Positions 36,747 through 47,755 of a stretch of 64,000 nucleotides of DNA are shown here, piece by piece; the first letter of the stretch is position 1, and each line of letters opens with the position of its first letter. Under the pieces are notes generated by a model. That model was not told the origin of the DNA, did not search any database, and saw nothing but the letters and a program-made list of their open reading frames with translations. Source of the stretch: an uncultured Alphaproteobacteria bacterium (lineage in GTDB: Bacteria; Pseudomonadota; Alphaproteobacteria; Rs-D84); assembly GCA_944392815.1 (NCBI GenBank), contig CALXXY010000004.1, positions 23,064 to 87,063 of the forward strand, read 5' to 3'. A program made the position numbers and the translations under genes.

Positions 36747-36946
36747 TTTGCGGACCAAAATAATGACCACAGCCACCCGATGCCGGTCCAGCCGAATATC
36801 CAACTGGCCAGGCGGACCAAAATCATGTCCTGTTTACTTTTGCCGGTTTGACGCGCCAGCCATGCCGGTGCCAACACGATTGCGATTAAAATCATAATCG
36901 CAATCGCGTATTTTATAACCAGTAAAATATCAAATGGCATGGTCAT
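36740..36946 (-). CDS. Superinfection-immunity (T4 Imm-like) small membrane protein
   Basis: Two TM segments, PAWLA and FGWTGIGWLWSLFWS matching the Imm_superinfect consensus; starts 6 nt after the eno stop. Confidence 0.75.
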   Translation of the reverse strand: MTMPFDILLVIKYAIAIMILIAIVLAPAWLARQTGKSKQDMILVRLASWIFGWTGIGWLWSLFWSAKK

Positions 36947-36952
36947 TTATTT

Positions 36953-38266
<1,314 letters not shown>

Positions 38267-38334
38267 TCACCTTGGCATAACTGATGAAATGTGTAATAAT
38301 ATAATCATAATTTTGGACGGAAAGAAATAGAAAT

Positions 38335-41300
38335 ATGATGAAAAAAACAATATTTTTTATGTTGTGCCTGGCGCCAATGGGTGCCTGGGGCGCGCCGTTT
38401 GCGGGCGGAATTGTCGGAAACGGGGGCGAGGGTAATAATGCAAATGGGTTCGAGGCGACAGATGGCATAGAAGTGTCCGCCATGGAAATTGGTGTGACGC
38501 CGCCTGAAAGTTTGCCGGACGATAATAACGTGTTATATGCCGGGACAAATATTAACAAGGGCGACCCAACAACGGGCGAGGGTGGTTTTACCATTACGTC
38601 GCGTGCCGAAATTAAGGGTGGCGCTTTAAGAATTTATGATGGTTATGTTCTGAATATTCAGAATACGCTGAATTCCAATATTAATATGACGTTTTCGTCC
38701 ATTGATGCGAATGGGTATTTAACAATACGTGATGCCGATGCGTTAAAAATTAATGGGGCAAGTGAAATTGATAATGGTGTGCTGATTTCTGCGCAATCCA
38801 TGACGACCGGTGATTTTAATATAAATGGTGGTGCGTCCGGTATAAATGTTGAAAATACGCTGCAAATGGCGGCTTTGACCACCAATAAGAAGGCGGGCGC
38901 TGTTGATATTACAGCTGGTGATGTGAACATAGTGGGCGACCTGGTGCATAACGCCGCGGCTGAGATGGACATTAACGCCACGGCTGAGATGGATATTAAC
39001 GCCGGGGCTATTACAGTTGGTGGAACTGTGACCAATGGTAATAATGGTGGCGCAATGTCGTTGACCGCCGCGAATTTGACCGTGAAAGGTGGCAGTGTCG
39101 TAGACGGTTCGTTTGTAAACAGTGGCGATTTGATTATCAAGGTTTCTGGTACAACCAAATTGGAATATGGTTTTAATTTGGCCGGTATGGGGGTGAATAA
39201 TACTTTTTCGTTAACCACCGGTGCACTGGAATTTGGTGAAAATGCCAGTCCGGACATGTGGGCAAGTGCGTTTACCAATAAATTAAATTCGTTTGAATTA
39301 AATATTACTGATTCTGATTACACCATTGCCAGCAATGTTATAAATGGCATCACGAACGAGGATACGAGCAATCCGACATTTAATTCGAACGCCAATATGA
39401 CGATTGTCGCGAATGCGCTGACAATCGGCAGTGCCACTGACGGTGCCGATGTGATTAACTATGGCGGTAATTTGACTTTAAAAACACCGGATACAACCGC
39501 CGATGGTGATGCAAGTATTGAAATTTATGGCGATGTTGTTGCCGATGCAACCAATCAAGATGTGGGCGACGGTGGCCGCAACACCACTGTGAATGCCGCG
39601 ACCGATGTTATTGTGCATGGCGATGTGACAAACGCGTATACCATGCAAATATTGGGCGGTGGAAATGTAGTGATTGGTGACGCTGATGTCACGGGCAGTG
39701 GGGATTTGGTAAATACAAATGGCGGAACACTGACTGTACAGGCATCGACCAATGCCGGTTCAATTGATATCGCGGGTAATGTCACGAACGATTCCGGTAT
39801 AACAAATATTAATGCCAAGGACGTGACCATAACGGGCGCATTAATCAGCGATGGGACAATTGGTACGGACGCGATTAATTTTACCGCGTCGGATTCAAAT
39901 GGAACTGCATTGTCCATCGGATCGATTGCGGCCAATGGTGGGACAATTAATTTACAATCACTGACCGGTGGTGTTGCCGTGACGGGCGGCGTGTCTGTGA
40001 CGGGCGGTGTGTTGCAATTGGGTAATGCAACGACATCGTTGACCGCGGGTGATTCAATTGATATTGGTGGCAATGTGATTGCCGGTGTGGCGACCGATGT
40101 CCAGGGTGGCGATGTTGTTGTTGGGGCCATCGGGGTGGAACAGGTTTCAATAATTGCCGATAACAGTGATGCGCACGATGGCACAAATTCGGCCGCGCTG
40201 AATATCGATGGCAATATCACAAATGTCCAGGGTGGTGGTGCACACAGGTTGTTGTTTGCCGGAAATACGATTACCGTGGGCAGTGAAAATACCGGAACTG
40301 GTACAGGAAATGTGACTGTGGCCGGCGGGGATAATTCGCTGACGTTTGGGAATGATGTGTCACAGCAATTGACCATAGCCGGCGCGATGAGTATTGAAAA
40401 TGGTGCGAAAATTACACTGAATACCGGTGTGACCAATGTTGGTACTGTGACCGTTGGTGATGGCAGTGTTTTAAGTTTTGCCGGTGCGTCTGGTGAAACA
40501 GGAACGCAATTGGTTGCCAAGGGCGCGATTGATGTGGCGGACGGCCTGTGGTGGAATGGCGCGAACGCAACAAATCCGGGCGATGGTGTTCAGGTTGATG
40601 GAAATATGACCAAATTGACGTTGCAGTCGAATGATTCATATATTGATTTTGGCGGCGCGATTAATGTGGGATCTGGTAAAACATTGACCATGAGTGCTGA
40701 AACATCGGATATCAGTGTTGGTGGGGCCGTCACCAATGCGGGCACGTTGAATGCGTCGGCGTTGGCGGTTGAATTTGGTGATGTGGGAAACAGCGGCACT
40801 GTTGGGATCAGCGCGACAAAGGGCGATGTGACTGTTGGCGCTGTGACCAATTCCAGTGCGTTAAATGCGAACGCGTCACAGAATGTTAATATGGGCGCGT
40901 TAACCAATAACGGCGGGACCGCCACTGTGAATGCCGGGACGAACGTCAAAGTCGATGGTGATTTGGACGCGAATGCGGGAACTGTGGATATTACCGCGGG
41001 CGAGTTGTTGAATATTACGGGTGCGTTGGATATTGCGTCTGGTGCAACGGTTAATGCCAATACCGATACTGTGAACGTTGGTGGCGCCGTTAATGTCAAG
41101 GGCGATGTTGTGCACGGCACAAATGGCGGGGCATTGAATTTTGTTGCCACTGCCACGGAAATTACCGCACAATCCCTGGCGGTGACGGGTGATTACAGCA
41201 CGACCAATGGGACTGGTGGCATATGGAATTTGACCGGTGGGGCGCAGATTGATGGTGGCGTTAAGGTTGCCGATAACAGTTTGTTAAACTTTAATGTTGG

Positions 41301-43767
41301 TGGTGCGATTGGAACCGGTGGGGTCAACAATAATGGCACTGCGATATTTAATGCCGCGGACGCGATTAGCGTTGGTGGTGATATATCAAATGCCGGCACG
41401 TTGACGTTTACCGGCGCGGAAATTTCATTGACCGGCAATTTAATCAACACAGACGCAGCAAAGGAAATGCGATTGAACACTGAAAATGGTGCGATTGCGT
41501 TTGGTACATTGACCAACACAAGCGGTGCCATGGTGTTACATGCGGCGAATGGAATCGAATTTGAATCCATTGTGTCAAATGCCGGTGAATTGACTTTGGA
41601 TTCCGGGGCGGGTATTACCAATATCACCGATGCTGGGTTGACCGTTGGGGATACCGGCACGATTACGCTGGCCGGGGCGGGACTGGACCTGAATGGTGAT
41701 TTTAATGTTGCAAATACAACGTTATATCAAAATTATGTCGGGACATTGTCCGATGGCATGATTAACGTTGCGTCCGATGATTACACTGTATCTGCCCAGA
41801 ATTTTGTTGCGAATGCTGTGAATCAGGAATCCGGCAAAATGGTGTTAAATGTTGCCGATGTCAAAGTGACCGGTGATATTAACGCGGTTGATTTGCGGTT
41901 CGCGAAAAATCCCGCCAATAATGATAATTGGCTGGACGTGTCGGTGGGCGGCAATGTTTCCGGTGGGGTTGATTTCTGGGGCATTAAAAATATGACAATT
42001 AGTGGCGATTACACATTTAACAACAGCAGTGATTTGTGGGCCGCCGTTATGCCGAATGGTGATGGGTCAAATAATACAACAACCAAAAATTATTGGGCCA
42101 CTATCGAGGCCACTGATGACAACCCAATCGGTGTGATTACCAATGCGGGCGGCGAAGATGCCGAGGCATTAATTACCGTTGGTGGGGAATTCATATCCGA
42201 AATGTCGGGTGTGGCCATTGGCGGTGCCGCCACAGAACCCCAGGTTGGAATTTCGCTGTTTGAAACTGTGGACCAGGGAACGGCCATATGGTTGCTGCAT
42301 GCCACAGATGGTATCCAGGTTGCGGACGCGTTTGATAAATTGCGCAATTTGGATGTGAAATTCTGTAATGCGGACAGTTCGCTGTGCATTAATTATGTCA
42401 GCACGCTGAAACCGGGTGCGGACTATAACGGTTCCGACAGTGCATTGCCGATTTATATCACTGAACGCGATACAGATGGCGATGGGTTGGCCGACAGTTT
42501 GTATATTGTGTTTGATCCTGCGTTCGGTGGGCCGATAGAGGTGTTTAAACTGCAACCGCTGGTTGCCCAGGTGCCGCATACAACCGGTGAATATGTGTCG
42601 GCAGGCGCGTTGGATAACCTGATTGCGGGCCAGGTCGCGAATAAAGTGTTTGATGCTGAATCACCCATAGAGGTTATTCCTGTGGTGTTCCAGGGTACTG
42701 CGTTCCAGGTTATGGCCGATGAACTGTATGACCGTATGGAATATTACAGTATGACCGGAGAACGGGATCCGTTGGCGCGTTTCAGCCGTCTGTTCCAGGC
42801 GCGCGAATTGGAACAAATTGCGGGCGCGGTCGCGCTGAATGAACATACGAATTTCCGTGATTTCGAAGATCGCATGTTCGATGAATTCATTTGGAATCGT
42901 AATCGCAGTTTGAAAAAAGCGTGGTTGGACGTTGATTACGGATTGTTCAGCCAGAATGTGTCTGATGGAAAACGCACATATGGCGATCGGTTCAGCGTGG
43001 CGGGCGGATTTGATTGGCAGGAATCTGAAACAATGATTTTGGGGTTGACTGCGCGTGTGTCGAATTCGTCCAGTGACAATTCTGATTCTGTGGAATTGGG
43101 GTATTTGCCACAAACGTCGCTGATGGGTAATGTTGATATGTCTGTTGACGATTTGAATATTGGACTGGGCGGGTATTTGATGAAAACGCTGGGCGAAAAA
43201 ACGCGGGTGTATGGTAATGCGTTCCTGGACGTGCATATGTTCGATATTTCACGCGACCAGACGTTCATGGGGCATATCGATGGCGATGGTACTGCGTTCA
43301 GTTTAATCAGCGAATGGGGTTTGTTGCATGATTGGCTGAATCAATATATCGTCGGAAATGCGTATGCGCGCGTCGGGTATAATTTCGGGTTTGATGTGAC
43401 TGAATATGCCGATGGCCAGGATTACATGAATATGCAATCAGATGGATATTTGATTTTGACGCCAGGGTATTCGTTGATTGCCCAGAAACGTATATATCCG
43501 TCTATGTGGTTCCAGATTCGCCCGTATGCGTCGATCGGTGTTGAATATGATGTGTTGGGGGCGCCAGATTCTGTGAAATACAAATTTGCGCCGGCGCATA
43601 CGTACACCAAATATGATGTTGATATTGATCCGTTGTGGGCTAATATTGGCGGCGGTGTGGAATTGCTGTCGGCCAGTGGTTTGCAGTTCGGTATTGATTA
43701 TCGTTATCAATATAACGATGCAATCCAGTTGCATAATATTAAAGTGACCGGATCATATCGGTTTTAA
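38335..43767 (+). CDS. Large autotransporter/adhesin (1810 aa)
   Basis: Signal peptide, long G/N/T/V-rich beta-helix-like passenger, C-terminal barrel ending GSYRF. Confidence 0.9.
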   Translation: MMKKTIFFMLCLAPMGAWGAPFAGGIVGNGGEGNNANGFEATDGIEVSAMEIGVTPPESLPDDNNVLYAGTNINKGDPTTGEGGFTITSRAEIKGGALRIYDGYVLNIQNTLNSNINMTFSSIDANGYLTIRDADALKINGASEIDNGVLISAQSMTTGDFNINGGASGINVENTLQMAALTTNKKAGAVDITAGDVNIVGDLVHNAAAEMDINATAEMDINAGAITVGGTVTNGNNGGAMSLTAANLTVKGGSVVDGSFVNSGDLIIKVSGTTKLEYGFNLAGMGVNNTFSLTTGALEFGENASPDMWASAFTNKLNSFELNITDSDYTIASNVINGITNEDTSNPTFNSNANMTIVANALTIGSATDGADVINYGGNLTLKTPDTTADGDASIEIYGDVVADATNQDVGDGGRNTTVNAATDVIVHGDVTNAYTMQILGGGNVVIGDADVTGSGDLVNTNGGTLTVQASTNAGSIDIAGNVTNDSGITNINAKDVTITGALISDGTIGTDAINFTASDSNGTALSIGSIAANGGTINLQSLTGGVAVTGGVSVTGGVLQLGNATTSLTAGDSIDIGGNVIAGVATDVQGGDVVVGAIGVEQVSIIADNSDAHDGTNSAALNIDGNITNVQGGGAHRLLFAGNTITVGSENTGTGTGNVTVAGGDNSLTFGNDVSQQLTIAGAMSIENGAKITLNTGVTNVGTVTVGDGSVLSFAGASGETGTQLVAKGAIDVADGLWWNGANATNPGDGVQVDGNMTKLTLQSNDSYIDFGGAINVGSGKTLTMSAETSDISVGGAVTNAGTLNASALAVEFGDVGNSGTVGISATKGDVTVGAVTNSSALNANASQNVNMGALTNNGGTATVNAGTNVKVDGDLDANAGTVDITAGELLNITGALDIASGATVNANTDTVNVGGAVNVKGDVVHGTNGGALNFVATATEITAQSLAVTGDYSTTNGTGGIWNLTGGAQIDGGVKVADNSLLNFNVGGAIGTGGVNNNGTAIFNAADAISVGGDISNAGTLTFTGAEISLTGNLINTDAAKEMRLNTENGAIAFGTLTNTSGAMVLHAANGIEFESIVSNAGELTLDSGAGITNITDAGLTVGDTGTITLAGAGLDLNGDFNVANTTLYQNYVGTLSDGMINVASDDYTVSAQNFVANAVNQESGKMVLNVADVKVTGDINAVDLRFAKNPANNDNWLDVSVGGNVSGGVDFWGIKNMTISGDYTFNNSSDLWAAVMPNGDGSNNTTTKNYWATIEATDDNPIGVITNAGGEDAEALITVGGEFISEMSGVAIGGAATEPQVGISLFETVDQGTAIWLLHATDGIQVADAFDKLRNLDVKFCNADSSLCINYVSTLKPGADYNGSDSALPIYITERDTDGDGLADSLYIVFDPAFGGPIEVFKLQPLVAQVPHTTGEYVSAGALDNLIAGQVANKVFDAESPIEVIPVVFQGTAFQVMADELYDRMEYYSMTGERDPLARFSRLFQARELEQIAGAVALNEHTNFRDFEDRMFDEFIWNRNRSLKKAWLDVDYGLFSQNVSDGKRTYGDRFSVAGGFDWQESETMILGLTARVSNSSSDNSDSVELGYLPQTSLMGNVDMSVDDLNIGLGGYLMKTLGEKTRVYGNAFLDVHMFDISRDQTFMGHIDGDGTAFSLISEWGLLHDWLNQYIVGNAYARVGYNFGFDVTEYADGQDYMNMQSDGYLILTPGYSLIAQKRIYPSMWFQIRPYASIGVEYDVLGAPDSVKYKFAPAHTYTKYDVDIDPLWANIGGGVELLSASGLQFGIDYRYQYNDAIQLHNIKVTGSYRF

Positions 43768-43795
43768 TAAAACGGGGCGTTCGCCCCGTTTTTAT
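43766..43795 (+). terminator. Intrinsic terminator
   Basis: AATAAAACGGGGC-GTTC-GCCCCGTTTTTATT. Confidence 0.85.
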
Positions 43796-44596
43796 TAGAG
43801 TGTGAGTGTAGATGTTGTCTGCGCGTGCGCGCGGGATACCACCCCGTCGCGCAAAGCGCGCCACCCCTCCGCAGAGGGGAACTTTGGTCTGCGACGGTAC
43901 GTAGCCAGTTCCCCTCCGTTGGGGGGCGCAGGGCGGGGTGGTTTACTCGTTGCTTGTTATTCGTGACTCGTTATTCGTATGTGTGTCGCTCGGGCGCGTT
44001 GCGCCCTGTGCGTATCCTCGTATTTGTTCAAACTGCGCTGTCGCTTGTTTTCACATACTCGGATTCCCTCGGCTGGTGCCTGTGGGTATCCTCGTAGTTG
44101 TTCAAACTGCGCTGTCGCTTGTTTTCACATACTCGGATTCATCGCGAGCAAAGTGTGGCGATCCAGTAAATAAAAAAGCACTGCGGGCGTACCGCCCGCA
44201 GACATATTGCCCTGGATTGCCACAGTCGTACGCCAACGTTTCCAACGTTAGCAATGACAGGGGGGGCGACGCCATTCCATTAAAATGGAATGTCGCTCGC
44301 AATTAAATTGCTGCGCGTATCCTCGTAGTTATTCGAACGGCGCTTGCGCTTGTTCTCATATACTCGGATTCCCTCGGCTGATGCCTGTGGGTATCCTCGT
44401 ATTTGTTCAAACTGCGCTGTCGCTTGTTTTCACATACTCGGATTCATCACTGGGTGACGCCATTCCATTAAAATGGAATGTCGCTCGCAATTAAATTGCT
44501 GCGCGTATCCTCGTAGTTGTTCAAACTTCGCGTTGCTCGTTTTCACATACTCGGATTCGTCACCGGGTGACGCCATTCCATTAAAATGGAATGTCG
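43796..44596. repeat. Composite intergenic repeat cluster (families A, B, C plus heptamers)
   Basis: C core 43838-43885 with inverted partner 43908-43942; five ~55-bp A units (44012, 44086, 44317, 44391, 44505); three 28-bp B palindromes (44268, 44456, 44569); TTA(C/T)TCG-type heptamers 43943-43978. Confidence 0.92.
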
Positions 44597-45048
44597 TCAC
44601 CGATGTCGGCGACGGATATTTCTTCGCGTTGGGGTTGGGACGGTTGAGATGCCGGTTGGCCATAGTCACCGCCAGATGCGGCGCCGTCCAAACTTTTGGC
44701 GCCGGCCAAAATCACCATTTGACCCGCGAATTGATTCAAAACAACTTCGGTTGTATAAACGTCCACACCCTGTTGATTTTGCCATTTGCGTGTACGCAGA
44801 GAGCCCTCGAGATACAGTTTTGTTCCCTTTTGCAGCATGCGTTCGGCAACTTCGACCAAATTCGGATTAAATATCACAACGCGGTGCCATTCGGTTTGTT
44901 CCTTTTGCTCGCCAGTTTGTCTGTCGCGCCAACGATCCGATGTTGCCAGTGAAAAACTGACCACCTTTTGTCCGCTTTGCATTGTTCTGACCTGGGGATC
45001 CTGGCCCACATTACCGACCAATATCACTTTGTTTATGCTGCCTGCCAT
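44581..45048 (-). CDS. ssb: Single-stranded DNA-binding protein
   Basis: SINKVILVGNVGQDP, TEWHRV, DDIPF C-terminus. Confidence 0.99.
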   Translation of the reverse strand: MAGSINKVILVGNVGQDPQVRTMQSGQKVVSFSLATSDRWRDRQTGEQKEQTEWHRVVIFNPNLVEVAERMLQKGTKLYLEGSLRTRKWQNQQGVDVYTTEVVLNQFAGQMVILAGAKSLDGAASGGDYGQPASQPSQPQREEISVADIGDDIPF

Positions 45049-45140
45049 AATCGCTTCCTTTTGTTATAATCTTGGTATATTTATTGGAGCAATAAAATTG
45101 GTAAAAATCAAGTGAAAATCGCCCGATATTCAGGGTGGAC

Positions 45141-45169
45141 TTGACTTTTATGGTAAAAAGTTATATAAT
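45141..45169 (+). promoter_or_regulatory. rho promoter
   Basis: TTGACT-N17-TATAAT. Confidence 0.8.
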
Positions 45170-45231
45170 AGGTGCGTTAAACAGATGGGGCGCGTTCTGC
45201 GTTTCCCACAATTTCCACAAAAGGATTTTTT

Positions 45232-46500
45232 ATGCATATCAATGAATTGAAGGCAAAATCGCCACAACAATTGTTGAAAATGGCCGAAGATATGGGGATT
45301 GAAAACCCGGCGCAATTGAATGTACAGCAATTGCGTTTTGCTGTTATGCGCGTATTCGCGGCCGATAATAAAATCACGCTGATTGGCGACGGGGTTTTGG
45401 AACGTATGCAGGACGGTTTCGGATTCCTGCGGGCACCGGAAAGCAATTATCTGGCCGGGCCGGACGATTTGTATGTGTCGCCTGCGTTGATTAAAAAATA
45501 TGGTCTGAAAACAGGCGATTATATCGAGGGACAAATCCAGGCGCCACAAAATGAATCTGAACGTTATTTCGCGTTGGAAACTATTGAACGCGTAAATGGG
45601 GGCGATCCTGACAAATTGCGTCATCGTGTGTCGTTTGACGATATGACACCGCTGTATCCAGATGAAATGCTGAAAATGGAGGTTGTTGACGATAAGGACA
45701 AAGGGCGCAGTTTGTCCGCGCGCGTGATTGATTTAATCGCGCCGACCGGTCGTGGTCAACGCAGTTTGATTGTTGCGCCACCGCGTACTGGTAAAACTGT
45801 GATGCTGCAAAATATTGCGCATTCAATCGCGACAAATTATCCAGATGTGAAATTAATCGTGTTGTTAATTGACGAACGACCCGAGGAAGTGACCGACATG
45901 CAGCGCAGCGTCAAGGGCGAGGTTATTTCGTCCACTTTTGACGAGCCCGCTGCCCGGCATATTCAGGTGGCCGAGATGGTCATTGAAAAAGCCAAACGTT
46001 TGGTCGAATCTGGCCAGGACGTTGTTATTCTGCTGGATTCTATTACCCGGTTGGGGCGCGCGTATAATACCGTTGTGCCGTCCAGTGGTAAAGTTTTGAC
46101 CGGTGGTGTCGATGCGTACGCGTTGCAACGTCCAAAGCGTTTCTTTGGCGCGGCACGTAATATCGAAGGCGGGGGATCGCTGACCATTATCGCGACCGCT
46201 TTGGTGGATACTGGTTCCAAAATGGACGAAGTTATTTTCGAAGAGTTCAAAGGTACCGGCAACAGCGAAATTATTTTGGACAGAAAGTTGTCTGATAAAC
46301 GTGTGTATCCCGCGATTGATATTACTAAATCCGGGACGCGCAAAGAAGATTTGTTGGTTGGCAAAGATACGTTGGCAAAAATGTATGTGTTGCGCCGCAT
46401 TATTAATCCAATGGGCACATTAGAGGCGATGGAATTCCTGTTGGATAAATTGCGTCTGACAAAAACAAATGCCGATTTCTTTGCGTCAATGAATCAGTAA
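45232..46500 (+). CDS. rho: Transcription termination factor Rho
   Basis: [29 protein letters not shown]. Confidence 0.99.
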   Translation: MHINELKAKSPQQLLKMAEDMGIENPAQLNVQQLRFAVMRVFAADNKITLIGDGVLERMQDGFGFLRAPESNYLAGPDDLYVSPALIKKYGLKTGDYIEGQIQAPQNESERYFALETIERVNGGDPDKLRHRVSFDDMTPLYPDEMLKMEVVDDKDKGRSLSARVIDLIAPTGRGQRSLIVAPPRTGKTVMLQNIAHSIATNYPDVKLIVLLIDERPEEVTDMQRSVKGEVISSTFDEPAARHIQVAEMVIEKAKRLVESGQDVVILLDSITRLGRAYNTVVPSSGKVLTGGVDAYALQRPKRFFGAARNIEGGGSLTIIATALVDTGSKMDEVIFEEFKGTGNSEIILDRKLSDKRVYPAIDITKSGTRKEDLLVGKDTLAKMYVLRRIINPMGTLEAMEFLLDKLRLTKTNADFFASMNQ

Positions 46501-46521
46501 AATGTGCCAAATTTTCGGTGT

Positions 46522-46547
46522 AATCCCGCCCTGTGCGGGATTTTTTT
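46522..46547 (+). terminator. Intrinsic terminator after rho
   Basis: AATCCCGC-CCTGT-GCGGGATTTTTTT. Confidence 0.75.
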
Positions 46548-46560
46548 GTGGGGGGAATTT

Positions 46561-46791
46561 ATGAAAAAATATTTTGTTATTGCGGCAATTTGTGCCGGTG
46601 TATGTGCCGGGGCATACTGGGCGGGCGGGCGTGTGGCGACCGCGCAATGTGATGTGAAAATATCTGAAATGCGCATGGCACATCAATCAATGAATACAGA
46701 AATTTTGGGGGCTGTACATGAAAAAACTGTTAATACTGGGGTGCGCGATATTCGTCGCATCTTGCACGAAAAATACACCATTGCCGATTGA
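46561..46791 (+). CDS. Small membrane-anchored protein, i-spanin (Rz)-like
   Basis: N-terminal TM (FVIAAICAGVCAGAYWAG) plus short helical C-domain; GGGGGA RBS; overlapped in +1 frame by a lipoprotein gene. Confidence 0.6.
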   Translation: MKKYFVIAAICAGVCAGAYWAGGRVATAQCDVKISEMRMAHQSMNTEILGAVHEKTVNTGVRDIRRILHEKYTIAD

Positions 46792-46909
46792 TAATTGTGT
46801 GCCTTGTGTGCCGATTTATGGGCGGGAAAATGACTGGCGCGTTATCAGCGATGATTTGGCGCGAAATATTTACAGGCATAATTTACTGTGCGCGGCGGTG
46901 CGTGATTAG
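46718..46909 (+). CDS. Small lipoprotein, o-spanin (Rz1)-like
   Basis: Lipobox VAS-C; C..C.PIY....D...SD.LARNI..HN..C pattern recalled from Rz1-like proteins; 74-bp overlap with previous gene. Confidence 0.6.
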   Translation: MKKLLILGCAIFVASCTKNTPLPIDNCVPCVPIYGRENDWRVISDDLARNIYRHNLLCAAVRD

Positions 46910-47754
46910 TCGGGTAATGCGTCCAGTGCAATGCCAACCAATTTGTTGACCAGTTCTGCACTGGCACGGTCACCCGATGGCGCGTATTCCACAAATTCAA
47001 AACTGTGGGCGTCGGGCGCAAATGTGCGTACAAAATATTCGGCCGCGTTTGGTGAAATGCCACCCGTTTCAGGTACCAATACGTCGCGAAATGCGGCGGG
47101 ATCAATCGCGTCAAAATCAAATGACACCACGTATGGGCGGGTGCCGATGGATTGGCGGATTTCACGTGCCGCGCGGGCCCAATCTGTGGGTGATTGCAAA
47201 TCTGTTGGGGAACGCATATAGATATTTTGGCTGCGGGCGAATTCTATTTCCGCATTTTCAAATGAACGTGTGCCCAGATAAAATATATTTTCTGGACGTA
47301 ATGCAGGGCGGTGTGTTTGCAATGACAACCAACGCGCGTCACCGGCGCCCAATAATGCACGCACGTTTGTGCCGTGTGGTGCGCCAGATGCCTGGGCACG
47401 GGACGATTCTGGGGTGTGTATATCCAGGTGGGCGTCAATGTATATCAGGCATAAATCTTCGTCGGGCAAATTGTTGGCCAGCGCAGTAAAATGGCCAAAG
47501 TTGGTCGAATGGTCACCGCCAATCATAATGTGGGGTTCGTCCGGTGTGGCCGCCACAATTTTTTTCTGGATATTAAAACAGTCGCCGAATCTGTCGCGGG
47601 CGCATAATTGCGCGTCGTACGCGTCGGCAACAACCGTTGTCCAATCTGCGTTCGGGTACATTTGCTTTACCGCGGCGGGGGCCAAAGCAGGACCGCCGGT
47701 CACTATTTTTGCCGTGGCGCCACGGCCGTATTCAATTCCCAAGATTGTTTTCAT
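46906..47754 (-). CDS. Arginase/ureohydrolase family protein
   Basis: GGDHS, DAHLD, HGT, SFDFDAIDP, PETGG, FVEY. Confidence 0.9.
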   Translation of the reverse strand: MKTILGIEYGRGATAKIVTGGPALAPAAVKQMYPNADWTTVVADAYDAQLCARDRFGDCFNIQKKIVAATPDEPHIMIGGDHSTNFGHFTALANNLPDEDLCLIYIDAHLDIHTPESSRAQASGAPHGTNVRALLGAGDARWLSLQTHRPALRPENIFYLGTRSFENAEIEFARSQNIYMRSPTDLQSPTDWARAAREIRQSIGTRPYVVSFDFDAIDPAAFRDVLVPETGGISPNAAEYFVRTFAPDAHSFEFVEYAPSGDRASAELVNKLVGIALDALPD

Positions 47755-47755
47755 G

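Noticed and set aside
36403-36851. Several 60-92 aa ORFs over the ompA-eno intergenic region, and likewise at 43825-44952 and 32165-32473
   Set aside because: They run through GC-rich palindromic repeats or antisense to real genes and lack RBSs and coding character
44012-44558. Family A repeats as a second CRISPR array or integron attC array
   Set aside because: Units are ~55 bp with irregular spacing, the linkers are near-identical rather than unique, and there are no cassette ORFs or RYYYAAC/GTTRRRY ends
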